This document shows positions 28,840 to 38,305 of a DNA stretch of 64,000 nt, piece by piece (within the stretch, counting starts at the first letter, position 1; each line of letters starts with the position of its first letter). Below the pieces are notes generated by a model, which saw only the letters and a list, made by a program, of their open reading frames with translations, searched no databases and was not told the origin of the DNA. Made by a program: the position numbers and the translations under genes. This DNA comes from an uncultured delta proteobacterium (GTDB taxonomy: Bacteria; Myxococcota_A; Polyangia; Polyangiales; JAFGIB01). Location: assembly GCA_963778655.1 (NCBI GenBank), contig CAVZVA010000011.1:320001-384000 (forward strand), in the 5' to 3' direction.

Positions 28840-29790
28840 TCAGTGAAAGCTCGCGATCTGAGCGCGCTGGGCCGCGGTCAGGCCCGCGTCCACCGGCGTG
28901 CCGCGGAAGCAGCCGACGGTGTAGGGATACTCTGCGGTGAGCACGTAGTGATACATGCTCACCATCTGGCCGTCCCAAGGGATCGGGCTGGTGGTGCCGT
29001 GGCATTCGTCGAGATCGGCGGTGTGCAGCAGCTTGCCGCTGCCGGCGTCTCTGGCCCCGTAGATGCCGAAGCCGTCCAGCGCATAGCCCACCAGATCCGA
29101 GGTCATCGCGTTCGGCATGCACGACGACGGCCCGTGGTAGTGATATTGCCCGGCAGCGTTGGGATGCCCGTCGCAGCGATCCTGCACCTCGTGGGCCGCC
29201 GCGTCGTTGCCGCTGTCGTCGACCGCGTTGAAGATCGCTACACCGGTGGTCGCGAAGCCGATCATGCCCATCGGTACGCAGGTTGCGGCCGCGGCCTCCG
29301 CCGGCACGGCCGGTAGCGCAAGCGAGATGTCCTGCGCGCGGATCGGATTGGGGTTGGTGTCGTACGCGTAGGCGGGATCCGATCTCTGGATCGGAAACAC
29401 GCCTGTCGTGTGATCGGGGAGATTGTTCGCGCTGATCGTACGGGTGTTGCCTGAAACCGTGATCGAGATCGAGTGGTCCGTCCACTTCACCTCGCCCTCC
29501 ACCGCGATCTTCTGCGACGGGTACCAGACATCGCCGTCGATCCAGGGTCCGTTGTGCGGATTGAGCTTGGCGAAGCGTTGCAGGCACGACATCAGAGTGC
29601 CGGCCTCGGGTGTCGTGCTCAGCTTGCCGTCGCCCAGCATCAGCGCGTCCTTCGGGGTGGAAGGGCTGGTCTTGGCCGCGGGGCTCGGCTCGGCGCTGCC
29701 GCCGCACGACGCCACGAGCAGCACGACGCCCACCAGCAGCGCCGCGGTCCGCCGCCGCGAGCGACGGGATCGTGTTCGATTGCCGCGCAT
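28840..29790 (-). CDS. YHYH-domain lipoprotein
   Basis: Lipobox LVASC; NLPDH, GxIGFATTGVAIFN, DRCDGHP...YHYHG, GYALDGFGIYG, DLDECHG, YHY. Confidence 0.85.
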   Translation of the reverse strand: MRGNRTRSRRSRRRTAALLVGVVLLVASCGGSAEPSPAAKTSPSTPKDALMLGDGKLSTTPEAGTLMSCLQRFAKLNPHNGPWIDGDVWYPSQKIAVEGEVKWTDHSISITVSGNTRTISANNLPDHTTGVFPIQRSDPAYAYDTNPNPIRAQDISLALPAVPAEAAAATCVPMGMIGFATTGVAIFNAVDDSGNDAAAHEVQDRCDGHPNAAGQYHYHGPSSCMPNAMTSDLVGYALDGFGIYGARDAGSGKLLHTADLDECHGTTSPIPWDGQMVSMYHYVLTAEYPYTVGCFRGTPVDAGLTAAQRAQIASFH

Positions 29791-29866
29791 CGGGAGTCGA
29801 CCGGCGCCATGGCCCCGTCGAGTCGGCGGGTTGGCGGCGGTCGCGTCCGATGGTAGGCCATCGCCA

Positions 29867-30015
29867 ATGGATATCAACGGCATGGCCCACGTCATTCTGT
29901 CCGTGCGCGACCTGCCCGCATCGGCGCGCTTCTACCGGCCGTTGCTCGAGCACATGGGGCTGACCCAGGTCGCCGATCAAAACGACTTCCTGTACTACGT
30001 CGGCGGCCGCACCGC
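29867..30015 (+). pseudogene. 5' fragment of a VOC/glyoxalase-family gene
   Basis: MDINGMAHVILSVRDLPASARFYRPLLEHMGL...YYVGGRTA is a typical VOC N-terminus; it runs into the convergent oxidoreductase after about 50 codons. Confidence 0.7.
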
Positions 30016-30025
30016 GCCCGCGCGC

Positions 30026-31228
30026 TCAACCTGGGCGCGAGCGGCGGCGGCCTCGCAGCTTGTCACCTAGCGCGCGCACCGCGCCGTTGGCCAGTCCTCG
30101 CGCGAAGCCCAGGTTGTCTACAGGCAAACCGGCAAACTGCTGCATGGTGCACACGACGAGCTCCGGCATCATCACCAGGTGGCGCTCGATGCGCGCGCGC
30201 TGGCTGCCGAAGTAGTACGGCAGCAGACGCTCGCGAAGGCGCAGGTCGAAGCCCACCCGCGAGCGCCCGAAGCGCGCGCTCCAGTCCTGGAAGCGAAAAT
30301 CGCCGGCCGCGATCTTCTCCGCCAGGTAGGGCCCCGCAAACGCGCCGTACTCGATCGCCTGGGCGATGCCCTCACCGCTCAGCGCGTCGATGCCCGCGGC
30401 CTCGCCGACCAGCGCCACGCGCGGCTGCGCGTACGGAAGGTGCGGCTCGAAGCCGCGCTCGGCGAAACGCTTGATCCGGCAGTCGGAGAGCGAGAGCCCG
30501 ATCGCCGTCAAGCGGCGCTCGAGCAACGCTGCGATGTCCACCGAGCGCTCGTCGAGCTTGAGGTGATAGACGCCCCGGCACCACAGCGGGCGCCCGTCGA
30601 CCAGCGTGGGGAAGTCCCAGGCGTAGCCGGTAAGCGTCCGATCGGCCAGGTCGAAGTGCAGCACGTCGCGCGGGCGATCTACGGGCACCTCTTCGGTGTC
30701 CACCTCGATCACCTGGGCGCGCAGCCGACCCGCCGGCAAGCCCAGCGCGCGCCGCACCACGCTGCCGACCCCGTCGGCGCCGACCACCGCGCTGGCCCGC
30801 AGCGTGCTGGGCGCGCCGTGCAGCGAGACCCCGCCGGCGTCGACCTCGAGCCCGGTTACCCGCGCCCCTTCCTGGACGCGAATGCCGCGCCCACGTGCCA
30901 CCTCGAAAAGCGCGCGATCGTATTCGAGCCGGCGCACCACGCGCCCGATGTGATCGAGCCGCTCGCAGATCTCCCCCTCGTGGATCCGCACCGAGAGCGC
31001 GGCGATCTGCGCCGAAGGCACCTCGACCCGCACCCCGATGCTCTCGAGCAAGCGGTCGGCGCGCGCCCCGATCGCGCCGCCACAGATCTTGTCGCGCGGG
31101 TAGCTTTCCTTCTCCAGGACCAGGATGCGCTCGGTCAGCTCTGGACGCGCATGAGCGAGAAAGAGCGCGGTCGCCAGGCCGGCCGGTCCCCCGCCGACGA
31201 TGGCCAGCTCGCAGCGCTGCATCTTCAA
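30026..31228 (-). CDS. FAD-dependent oxidoreductase, geranylgeranyl reductase-like
   Basis: IVGGGPAG, EKESYPRDKICGGAI, RRLEYD, VGADGVGS, GYAWDFP, VGEAAG...GEGIAQA. Start is TTG 31228 or ATG 31222. Confidence 0.88.
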   Translation of the reverse strand: MKMQRCELAIVGGGPAGLATALFLAHARPELTERILVLEKESYPRDKICGGAIGARADRLLESIGVRVEVPSAQIAALSVRIHEGEICERLDHIGRVVRRLEYDRALFEVARGRGIRVQEGARVTGLEVDAGGVSLHGAPSTLRASAVVGADGVGSVVRRALGLPAGRLRAQVIEVDTEEVPVDRPRDVLHFDLADRTLTGYAWDFPTLVDGRPLWCRGVYHLKLDERSVDIAALLERRLTAIGLSLSDCRIKRFAERGFEPHLPYAQPRVALVGEAAGIDALSGEGIAQAIEYGAFAGPYLAEKIAAGDFRFQDWSARFGRSRVGFDLRLRERLLPYYFGSQRARIERHLVMMPELVVCTMQQFAGLPVDNLGFARGLANGAVRALGDKLRGRRRSRPG

Positions 31229-32442
31229 GCGAGCAGATGGCCGAGCTTCTCGGCCTTGGTCAGCAGGTAGCGACGGTTGTGGGGACTGTCGGCGACCTGC
31301 AGCGGTACGCGTTCCGTGACTTGCAACCCTGCGCGCTCGAGCGCGGCCAGCTTGCGCGGGTTATTGGTCATCAAGCGCACGCTGCGCACGCCGAGCCGGC
31401 GGAGGATCTGCGCGGCGACGCCGTAGTCACGCAGGTCGGGCGGGAAGCCGAGCTTGGTATTGGCCTCGACCGTGTCGGCCCCTCGATCCTGAAGCGCGTA
31501 CGCCCGCAGCTTGTTGATCAGCCCGATGCCACGCCCCTCCTGGCGCAAGTACACCAGCACGCCCCGCCCTTCCCTCGCGATCATCTCGAGCGCGAGCGCA
31601 CGCTGCTGGCCGCAGTCGCAGCGCAGCGAGCCGAGCGTGTCCCCTGTCAGGCACTCCGAGTGCACGCGCACCAGCACCGGGCCGCCCTGGCTCAGGTCGC
31701 CCAACGTCATGGCGACGTGCTCTCCGTCGCCGAGCTCTTCGCGGAAGCCGTGAATCTCGAACTCGCCGTGCTCGGTCGGAAGCTTGGCGGTTGCGACCTG
31801 CTGCACACGCGGCTCGTGCTCCAGCCGGTGCGCCACCAGGTCGGCGATGGTGCCGACCTGCAGCCCGTGCTCGGCGGCAAACTCGAGGATCGCCGGCAGG
31901 CGCATCATGGTGCCGTCGTCGTGGATCAGCTCGCTGATCGCGCCCACCGGCTGCAGCCCCGCCAGCCGGCACAGATCGACCGCGGCCTCGGTGTGCCCCA
32001 CGCGCTCCAACACTCCGCGATCGCGCGCGCGCAGCGGAAACACATGGCCCGGCCGCGTCAGGTCGGCTGCCGTGACGCCCGGCTCGATCGTCGCGCGAAT
32101 GGTCGTCGCCCGATCTGCGGCGCTGATCCCGGTGGTCACGCCGCGCTTGGCCTCGATCGACACCGTGTAGGCCGTCTTGAGCGGCGACGCGTTGTGCTCG
32201 ACCATCGGCGGCAGCTCGAGGTGATCGGCGAGCGCATTCGGCATGGCCAGGCACACCACGCCGCCGGTGTAGCGGATGGTGAAGGCCATCAGCGCCTCGG
32301 TCACCTTCTCGGCGGCGATGATGATGTCGCCTTCGTTCTCGCGGTTTTCGTCATCGACCACGATGATCGGCCGCCCGCAGCGTAGCTCCTCGAGCAACAC
32401 ATCGATCGGCGCCAGCTGGATGGGGGGGGCATCGACTCTCAT
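31225..32442 (-). CDS. ribBA: Bifunctional DHBP synthase / GTP cyclohydrolase II
   Basis: VVDDENRENEGD, TTGISAADR, RPGHVFPL, GHTEA, RVHSECLTGD, RCDC, QEGRGIGL, MTNNP. Confidence 0.97.
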   Translation of the reverse strand: MRVDAPPIQLAPIDVLLEELRCGRPIIVVDDENRENEGDIIIAAEKVTEALMAFTIRYTGGVVCLAMPNALADHLELPPMVEHNASPLKTAYTVSIEAKRGVTTGISAADRATTIRATIEPGVTAADLTRPGHVFPLRARDRGVLERVGHTEAAVDLCRLAGLQPVGAISELIHDDGTMMRLPAILEFAAEHGLQVGTIADLVAHRLEHEPRVQQVATAKLPTEHGEFEIHGFREELGDGEHVAMTLGDLSQGGPVLVRVHSECLTGDTLGSLRCDCGQQRALALEMIAREGRGVLVYLRQEGRGIGLINKLRAYALQDRGADTVEANTKLGFPPDLRDYGVAAQILRRLGVRSVRLMTNNPRKLAALERAGLQVTERVPLQVADSPHNRRYLLTKAEKLGHLLA

Positions 32443-33521
32443 AGACCCTCGAAGTACGGCTCGAGCGTGGCGACATCGACCCGTTGCGAAAACGAAAGGT
32501 AGCGGTCCCACAGGTGCGGCAGCCCGCGCAGGCGAAACATCGCGGCCATCAGCTCGCGCGCCGTGGAGCGATCGAGCGGGTGGCCGGCTCGGCGCAAGCG
32601 ATCGAAGCCCGTGAGCGCGAGCTCGATCGCGAGCACCATCACCTCGCCGGTGGCCTGGGGAAAGATCTCGTGCGGCTTCTTGAGCTGCTCGGGCGAGAGG
32701 GCCGAGAGCGTCGAATCCGGGACCGGGCAGGCGCGCCCGCCGTGCCCGTCGCCGCCGGCTCCCGCCACCAGCCAGCTGCGCAGGAAGTTGTGGTTGCGCC
32801 GCTCTAGGTCTTCGGCGAAGTCCGCGAGGTCGTCCAGCACCTGCAGCGACAGCCCGATGCGGAACACGCCGGACTTGGCGTGCGCAATCGCCTCGACGAA
32901 ATCGGGCTCGTTCAGCTCAGGCACCACGAACGCCAGCAACAATAGGTTGGCGCCGCGATAGCGGTGGATCTCGTCCAGCAGCCGCTTGGGTGGAAGCACC
33001 TCCTCGACCGCCGACTCTTCGCCGCTCTCTTCTTCGCCGATCGCGTACAGCAGGTCGATCAACGCGCCCCAGGCGCGGTCGGCCGCCTCGTCGTCGGGCG
33101 TGACCTCGCGGATGTTGCGCTGCAGCTGGCCGGCCTGCATCAACATCGCCAGCACGTTGGGCAGCACACGTCCGGCCTTCAGATCGACGATCAGCGCGCC
33201 CTTCGCTTCGTCGTCCAGAATGTTGTCGGTCGCGGTCACGATGCCGCGCACCATGTGGATGATCGCTGCGTAGTGCCGGACCTTCCACGCCTCGATGCCG
33301 ATCGCTTGGAAGATCGACACGAACAGGATGCTGAAGAAGTTGCGCTCCCAGTAGGCCTGCGGCGACAGATCGAGATTGGGAAAGCGCAACGCCTTGGGGC
33401 GCTCGCCGACCGAGAGCAGGCTCTCCTTCAGCCCGCGCTCGACCTCGCGCAGACAGTGTGAGGCCTCGGAAAAGGAGACGACCGACTGCGCCCCGCTGAA
33501 GAGCTGCTGCAGAAACGTCAT
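32439..33521 (-). CDS. Uncharacterised class I isoprenoid-synthase-fold (prenyltransferase/terpene synthase-like) enzyme
   Basis: All-helical; two Asp-rich motifs TATDNILDD and LSLQVLDDLADFAED, the second matching the FQxxDDxxD pattern. Confidence 0.65.
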   Translation of the reverse strand: MTFLQQLFSGAQSVVSFSEASHCLREVERGLKESLLSVGERPKALRFPNLDLSPQAYWERNFFSILFVSIFQAIGIEAWKVRHYAAIIHMVRGIVTATDNILDDEAKGALIVDLKAGRVLPNVLAMLMQAGQLQRNIREVTPDDEAADRAWGALIDLLYAIGEEESGEESAVEEVLPPKRLLDEIHRYRGANLLLLAFVVPELNEPDFVEAIAHAKSGVFRIGLSLQVLDDLADFAEDLERRNHNFLRSWLVAGAGGDGHGGRACPVPDSTLSALSPEQLKKPHEIFPQATGEVMVLAIELALTGFDRLRRAGHPLDRSTARELMAAMFRLRGLPHLWDRYLSFSQRVDVATLEPYFEGL

Positions 33522-33998
33522 GGGCCACCCCACAGCGCCGGCATGCGGCTACGCAGCCGGCGCAGCTGCTCTTGCCCGAGCAAACCCACCTCACCCACTT
33601 CCGGACCACATCCGACCACCCGTGCCGGATAGAGTAACCGGGCGGCCGACGAATCACCAAACGCCACCGGGCTGATCGAGAGCAACATCGCAAAACCGAA
33701 ACCGGCCATGCGGCCAAAATGGGTCCCTCACACAGGTGGGACCTGTAGGTCTTATGACCGCAGGCGGCCAAATCCGTGCCGGAGTTGCGCAAAGAAGGGA
33801 CGCCTGCGGTCGCGCCGCTTCGCGGAAATGTCCGTGAGCGGTGACATCCAGCGCATCCCCATGCGAGCGCTGCGGATGCAGAAGATGCCGGGGGCGCTTG
33901 AGATCGCTTGAATTGGCCCGGTGATCACGCTGGGATGGGGATCAGGTGCAGATCGCGAGCGCATGCCGGACGCGGGCGCCGCTGTGCAGGGAAGTCGC

Positions 33999-34631
33999 GT
34001 GAACGGATCGACCACGCTCATCCTGTGCCGTCATGGCGAGTCGGAGGGCAATCGAGAGCTGCGGTTCGGCGGTCAAGGCCCGACGCCGCTGACCGAGCGA
34101 GGGCAACGACAGGCGCGCGCGACCGGGCAGCTGCTCTCGAGCACCGGCATCGATGCGATCTACTGCTCCGATCTGGTGCGCGCATCGGAAACCGCGGCCT
34201 TGATCGGCGAGGCGACCGGCGTCACGCCGGCTTCGAACGTCGCGCTGCGCGAGCGCTCCGTCGGAGAGCTGACCGGGCTCACGTTCGAAGAAGCGCAGCG
34301 GAGCTTTCCCGAGCAGTTTGCCGCGCTGCTGCGGCGCGAGCCGCGCTCCTGCCCACCGGGCGGGGAAAGCTACGTGCAGTGCCGCGCACGCACTGCGGCT
34401 TTTCTCGACCAGGTGCTGACACGGCATGCGGGTACACGCGTGCTGCTGGTCTCGCACAACGTCGCGCTCCACCAGCTGATGCTGCACATCCTGGGCCTCG
34501 CGCACGAGAGCGAAGCCCCGCGCGTGGCGTTCCAGCTCGACAACTGCGCGCTGCATCGGCTGGAGCGGCTGCAGGCGGGCGTCTGGAGGGTGCTCGCGCT
34601 CAACGAAGCCGCCCACCTTGCGGATGTTTGA
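33999..34631 (+). CDS. Histidine phosphatase family protein
   Basis: RHGES, LTERG, SDLVRA, LRE, PPGGES, LVSH. Start uncertain (33963 also possible). Confidence 0.92.
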   Translation: MNGSTTLILCRHGESEGNRELRFGGQGPTPLTERGQRQARATGQLLSSTGIDAIYCSDLVRASETAALIGEATGVTPASNVALRERSVGELTGLTFEEAQRSFPEQFAALLRREPRSCPPGGESYVQCRARTAAFLDQVLTRHAGTRVLLVSHNVALHQLMLHILGLAHESEAPRVAFQLDNCALHRLERLQAGVWRVLALNEAAHLADV

Positions 34632-34940
34632 CGATCACGGGCTGGCAAGAGTCGAGCCTCTTCATCGGCCACGTGCCTGTCCGGTAGAGTCCGCATGCTC
34701 GTCTTGGAGCGCCAGAGCTGAGCGCCGGGGCTAGGCGATGCGCAGGCCTCGACGCCTTCGCTTACAGCGTCACCGAATTCGATCAGAAGATCGTCCGTTT
34801 ATTGCGCAAACGCCACACGGAAACCTGCAGAGGCTGTCATATATTGATGAGCGGGTAGTCGAACACCCGGCGGAGCGGGTGGCTCCGTGGCGAAAGGCCG
34901 GGCGCCGATCGCCAAGTGGAACACGTGGCAGTGGGGCTTG

Positions 34941-35816
34941 ATGATGACAAGTAGAGCGACGACCTGGTTCAGCGCGGTGCTCGTGTCCTGCCTCGCGGCC
35001 TGCGCGCCTGCTTCCGACTCGGGCCGGGCGGCTGTCGATTACACCGAGCAGCCCGCAGCGCTGCCCGTTACGCCGCCGGCAGGCCTCGGCGGGTTGCCGA
35101 GCAACAGTGGCGGCGCCGTGGCGCCGACCCAGAACACCGACCCGGGAATCGGAGCCGGGCCAGCAGCGCCGACCGGGACCGGGCAAGCCGCACCCACCAC
35201 GCCGCAGACCAACCCGGCGGCGCCAGCCGGAAGCGCGGGCGCGGCTGCTGCTCCGATGGCAGCCGGAACCGGAGGCACTGGCGCTCCGATGACGGGCAGC
35301 GCGGCCGGCGCTACGGGCGGGACCGCGGGCGCTGGCGATCCCGGCGGAGGCACCACCGCCGGCCCCAAGCCGACGATGTTGAGCATGCAGGTCACCACGG
35401 TCACCCAGGGCGGGAGGTACGCGCCCAAGAACGTAGGCGCGATCTGGGTAGAAGACTCCTCGGGCAAGTGGGTTTACACCTTGGAGTATTGGGACGGCTT
35501 CATTAACGCGCAGTGGCTCACCGCCTATCAGGCCTCCGGGGGTCCTGCCTACGTGCCCGTCTTCAGCACCATCCCGCCGGATGTCACGGCGAGCGCCACG
35601 CTCAACGCGCACAAGACCCACAACGTGACGTGGAGCCTCAAGGACTCCAAGGGCAACACCGTGCCAGATGGCGCGTACAAGCTGGTGGTCGAAGTGACCG
35701 AGTACAGCGGCACCGGCAAGTCCCAATCGTACGACTTCAATGTGGGTCCCGACCCGGTCGACCTTTCGCCGCCCGACACGCAGTACTATACCGGGGTGAA
35801 GGTGACGCTGAAGTAG
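34941..35816 (+). CDS. Lipoprotein with Pro/Gly/Thr linker and C-terminal DUF2271-like domain
   Basis: Lipobox CLAAC; YAPKNVGAIWVED, DVTASATL, W..KDSKGNTVPDGAYKLVVEVTE. Confidence 0.75.
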   Translation: MMTSRATTWFSAVLVSCLAACAPASDSGRAAVDYTEQPAALPVTPPAGLGGLPSNSGGAVAPTQNTDPGIGAGPAAPTGTGQAAPTTPQTNPAAPAGSAGAAAAPMAAGTGGTGAPMTGSAAGATGGTAGAGDPGGGTTAGPKPTMLSMQVTTVTQGGRYAPKNVGAIWVEDSSGKWVYTLEYWDGFINAQWLTAYQASGGPAYVPVFSTIPPDVTASATLNAHKTHNVTWSLKDSKGNTVPDGAYKLVVEVTEYSGTGKSQSYDFNVGPDPVDLSPPDTQYYTGVKVTLK

Positions 35817-35837
35817 CGGCGCGCCGACCGCGACCCC

Positions 35838-36404
35838 ATGTTTCGTAGATTGGCAGCGCTCCTAGCCGTCGGGCTGGGCTTGACGTCCACGTCATGTCAG
35901 AACGGCACCACCCCGGTGCCGCCGACGCCGGACATGACGATGTTCGCGAGCCAGGTGTATCCGGTGTTGCTGCGCGACTGCGCGTACAACAACTGCCACG
36001 GGAGCCCCGATCGCTTCTTCCAGGTGCTCGGTCCGGGGCGCACCCGCGGCAATCCGATGCTGATGGGCGAAGACCCGCCCGATCCCGCCGAGATCCAGTT
36101 CAGCTACGATCGCGCTCGTTCCATGCTCGGCAATTCCGTCGGTACCTCGCTGCTGCTGACCAAGCCGCTCGAGGCCGAGGCCGGGGGCAGCGGACACAGG
36201 GGCGCCGACCACTTCGGTCGCAACGTCTACCGCACCGCGCAGGACCCCGGGTACGTGATCCTGCTGCAGTGGGCCGCGACGGGAATGAACGGGACTCTGG
36301 GAACGGGTGGGACCGTGGGTACCGGCGGGACTCTGGGAACGGGCGGGACATTGGGCACCGGCGGCACCATGGGCACCGGCGGGACCGGGATGGGGCAGCA
36401 CTGA
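35838..36404 (+). CDS. Lipoprotein with a heme-c-like CxxxxCH motif and C-terminal GTGGT repeats
   Basis: Lipobox TSTSC; VYPVLLRDCAYNNCHG; SLLLTKPL...GGSGHRG. Confidence 0.7.
   Translation: MFRRLAALLAVGLGLTSTSCQNGTTPVPPTPDMTMFASQVYPVLLRDCAYNNCHGSPDRFFQVLGPGRTRGNPMLMGEDPPDPAEIQFSYDRARSMLGNSVGTSLLLTKPLEAEAGGSGHRGADHFGRNVYRTAQDPGYVILLQWAATGMNGTLGTGGTVGTGGTLGTGGTLGTGGTMGTGGTGMGQH
36291..36380 (+). repeat. Five tandem 18-bp coding units (GT[LVM]GTG)
   Basis: gggactctgggaacgggt, gggaccgtgggtaccggc, gggactctgggaacgggc, gggacattgggcaccggc, ggcaccatgggcaccggc. Confidence 0.85.
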
Positions 36405-37180
36405 TGCGGATGCACGCGACGAGCCGATCGTGGGCCTCGCGCAGCGCCGCGCTCGCCGGCCTGGTGCTCGGCTCCTTGTGCGCGCGAGCGCACGCCTACC
36501 AGAATCCGACGCGCTTCGCGGATCCGCCCGAGCTGGGCGGCGGCGGGGGCAAGTTCTTCACCGGATCGCCGGCCGACGGCTACACCTGCAAGGTGTGCCA
36601 CAGCGAAGGCAAGCCCACCCACCTGACGATCCAGGGGCTGCCCGTGAGCGGATACGTGCCGGGCACGACCTATCGCATCACCGTCGACTGGATCGACGAC
36701 CTGAAGTCGGTGGCCCTCAACTTCGAGATCACCGACAACCAGGGGCACACGGCCGGCACGCTCGCGATGCCGGGGATCGACGAGCTCGGCCCTGGGGACC
36801 TGTGCCAGATCGGCTTCCCCGATGTGCAGGTGATGACCACGATGGCGGACGGGCGCTCGATCGGCGTGGTGGGCGAATGCGGGGGCCACCAGGCGACCGT
36901 CGACTGGACCGCTCCGGTCGCGGCGCCAACGGGCTCGGCGGCCGACTCCGAAGTCTGGTTCACGGGGTCGCTGGTCTCGGCGGACGCCGACGGCACCGTG
37001 GCTGGCGACAATGTCACCGACTTCTCGCGCGTGATCGGCCCGCGCGGGCAAGCCGCCCCGCTGGCGTCCCAGCTGGCCGCGGGCTGCAGCACGGCGGCGG
37101 GACGGCGCGCGCCCTGGCCGTGGGCCCTGTGCGCTGCGCTCGCGCTGCTGTGGCTGCGCCGCCGCCGCTGTCCCGGGTGA
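36404..37180 (+). CDS. Secreted CxxCH protein with reeler-like domain and MYXO-CTERM-like anchor
   Basis: Signal peptide ending AHA; FTGSPADGYTCKVCH; GYVPGTTYRITV; WTAP; C-terminus GCS...WALCAALALLWLRRRR. Confidence 0.75.
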   Translation: MRMHATSRSWASRSAALAGLVLGSLCARAHAYQNPTRFADPPELGGGGGKFFTGSPADGYTCKVCHSEGKPTHLTIQGLPVSGYVPGTTYRITVDWIDDLKSVALNFEITDNQGHTAGTLAMPGIDELGPGDLCQIGFPDVQVMTTMADGRSIGVVGECGGHQATVDWTAPVAAPTGSAADSEVWFTGSLVSADADGTVAGDNVTDFSRVIGPRGQAAPLASQLAAGCSTAAGRRAPWPWALCAALALLWLRRRRCPG

Positions 37181-37189
37181 CGGGCGCGC

Positions 37190-38212
37190 TCAGGACGCGT
37201 CTTCCATCGCGCGCAACACGCTGGCGTCTTCGTAGATCTTGAGCCCGGCCTCGGCGTAGCGCGCGCGGACGCGCTCGGTCACGGCGCCTACCCGCACCAG
37301 GGCCGGCATCATCAGATCGCGAAAGGAATGCACCTGGTCGACCGGCGGCTGCACCCGCACGCCCTGCGCGCGCGCTTCCATCACGCCGCGCAGGAAATCG
37401 GCCGGATCGATACCGACCGCCTGCAGCACCTGGATGAAGCCGGGGTCGAAGTCGGCTGCGTCCCGGCGGCGCAGCGCCGAGACCACCTCGAACGCGAAGT
37501 CGGCAATGTCCTCGCGCTCGTCGGCGTGCATCCGCGAGACGGCATCGGCCACGTAGACGTTGCCGAAGGCCACGTGGCGCGCTTCGTCACGCAGCACGCC
37601 CTCGACGATGGCTCGCAGCAGCGCGCAGGTCGTCGACTTGCGCATGTTCTGGAACGCGCCCAGCGCGAGCCCTTCGACCACCATGTTCATGCCGATCGCG
37701 ATCTTGACCCAGCGATCGGCGTGCAGGGTTTTGTCGATCACGGCCTTGAGCACCTGGGACATGGGATAGATGAGCGCGAGCTTCTTGATATAGCGATCGT
37801 AGACCTCTACGTGTCGGGCCTCGTCCATGGTCTGCGTCGCGGCGTACAGCTTGCCTTCGTAGTCAGGGACCGCGTGTGTGAGCGCCGCCGCGGTCATCAG
37901 CGCGCCCTGCTCACCGTGCAGGAACTGCGACAACTGGTAGGCGGCGATGTGCGCCCGCAGTGCTTCCTGCTGCGCGGGGGCCAGCCGCTGCACGAAGGGC
38001 AGCTGGGACAGCCCGAAGCGATCTTCGTCGATCAGCGGTCGCGAGGGGTCGATCGGCTGCTCCCAGTCGATCGCCTGCTCGGCGTCCCACTGCAGGCGCT
38101 TGGCCTTCGAATACAGCGCCTTGAGCCGTTCGTTGTCGATCTCGTAGGAAAACTGCCAGCAGATCTCCATCGGGCTCGTCGACAGCGCGAAGGTGTCCGT
38201 GCTCGATGCCAT
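37190..38212 (-). CDS. Ferritin-like diiron protein (AurF-like)
   Basis: LYSKAKRLQW, SQFLHGEQGAL, DEARHVE, VEGLALGAF, second DEARHVAFG. Confidence 0.85.
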   Translation of the reverse strand: MASSTDTFALSTSPMEICWQFSYEIDNERLKALYSKAKRLQWDAEQAIDWEQPIDPSRPLIDEDRFGLSQLPFVQRLAPAQQEALRAHIAAYQLSQFLHGEQGALMTAAALTHAVPDYEGKLYAATQTMDEARHVEVYDRYIKKLALIYPMSQVLKAVIDKTLHADRWVKIAIGMNMVVEGLALGAFQNMRKSTTCALLRAIVEGVLRDEARHVAFGNVYVADAVSRMHADEREDIADFAFEVVSALRRRDAADFDPGFIQVLQAVGIDPADFLRGVMEARAQGVRVQPPVDQVHSFRDLMMPALVRVGAVTERVRARYAEAGLKIYEDASVLRAMEDAS

Positions 38213-38305
38213 GCTGGTCTTTGGCGATAGCCCATCCTCGAAGCGAACACAAGCCGCGGTCTCGAAACAATTAGATGCGTTGTTTCTTCTATTTAGGAGC
38301 GCGCA

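Noticed and set aside
33530..33960. FMN riboswitch upstream of the ribBA operon
   Set aside because: The conserved GGGCAGGGTGAAATTCCC and AGTCxGGATG blocks are absent on both strands.
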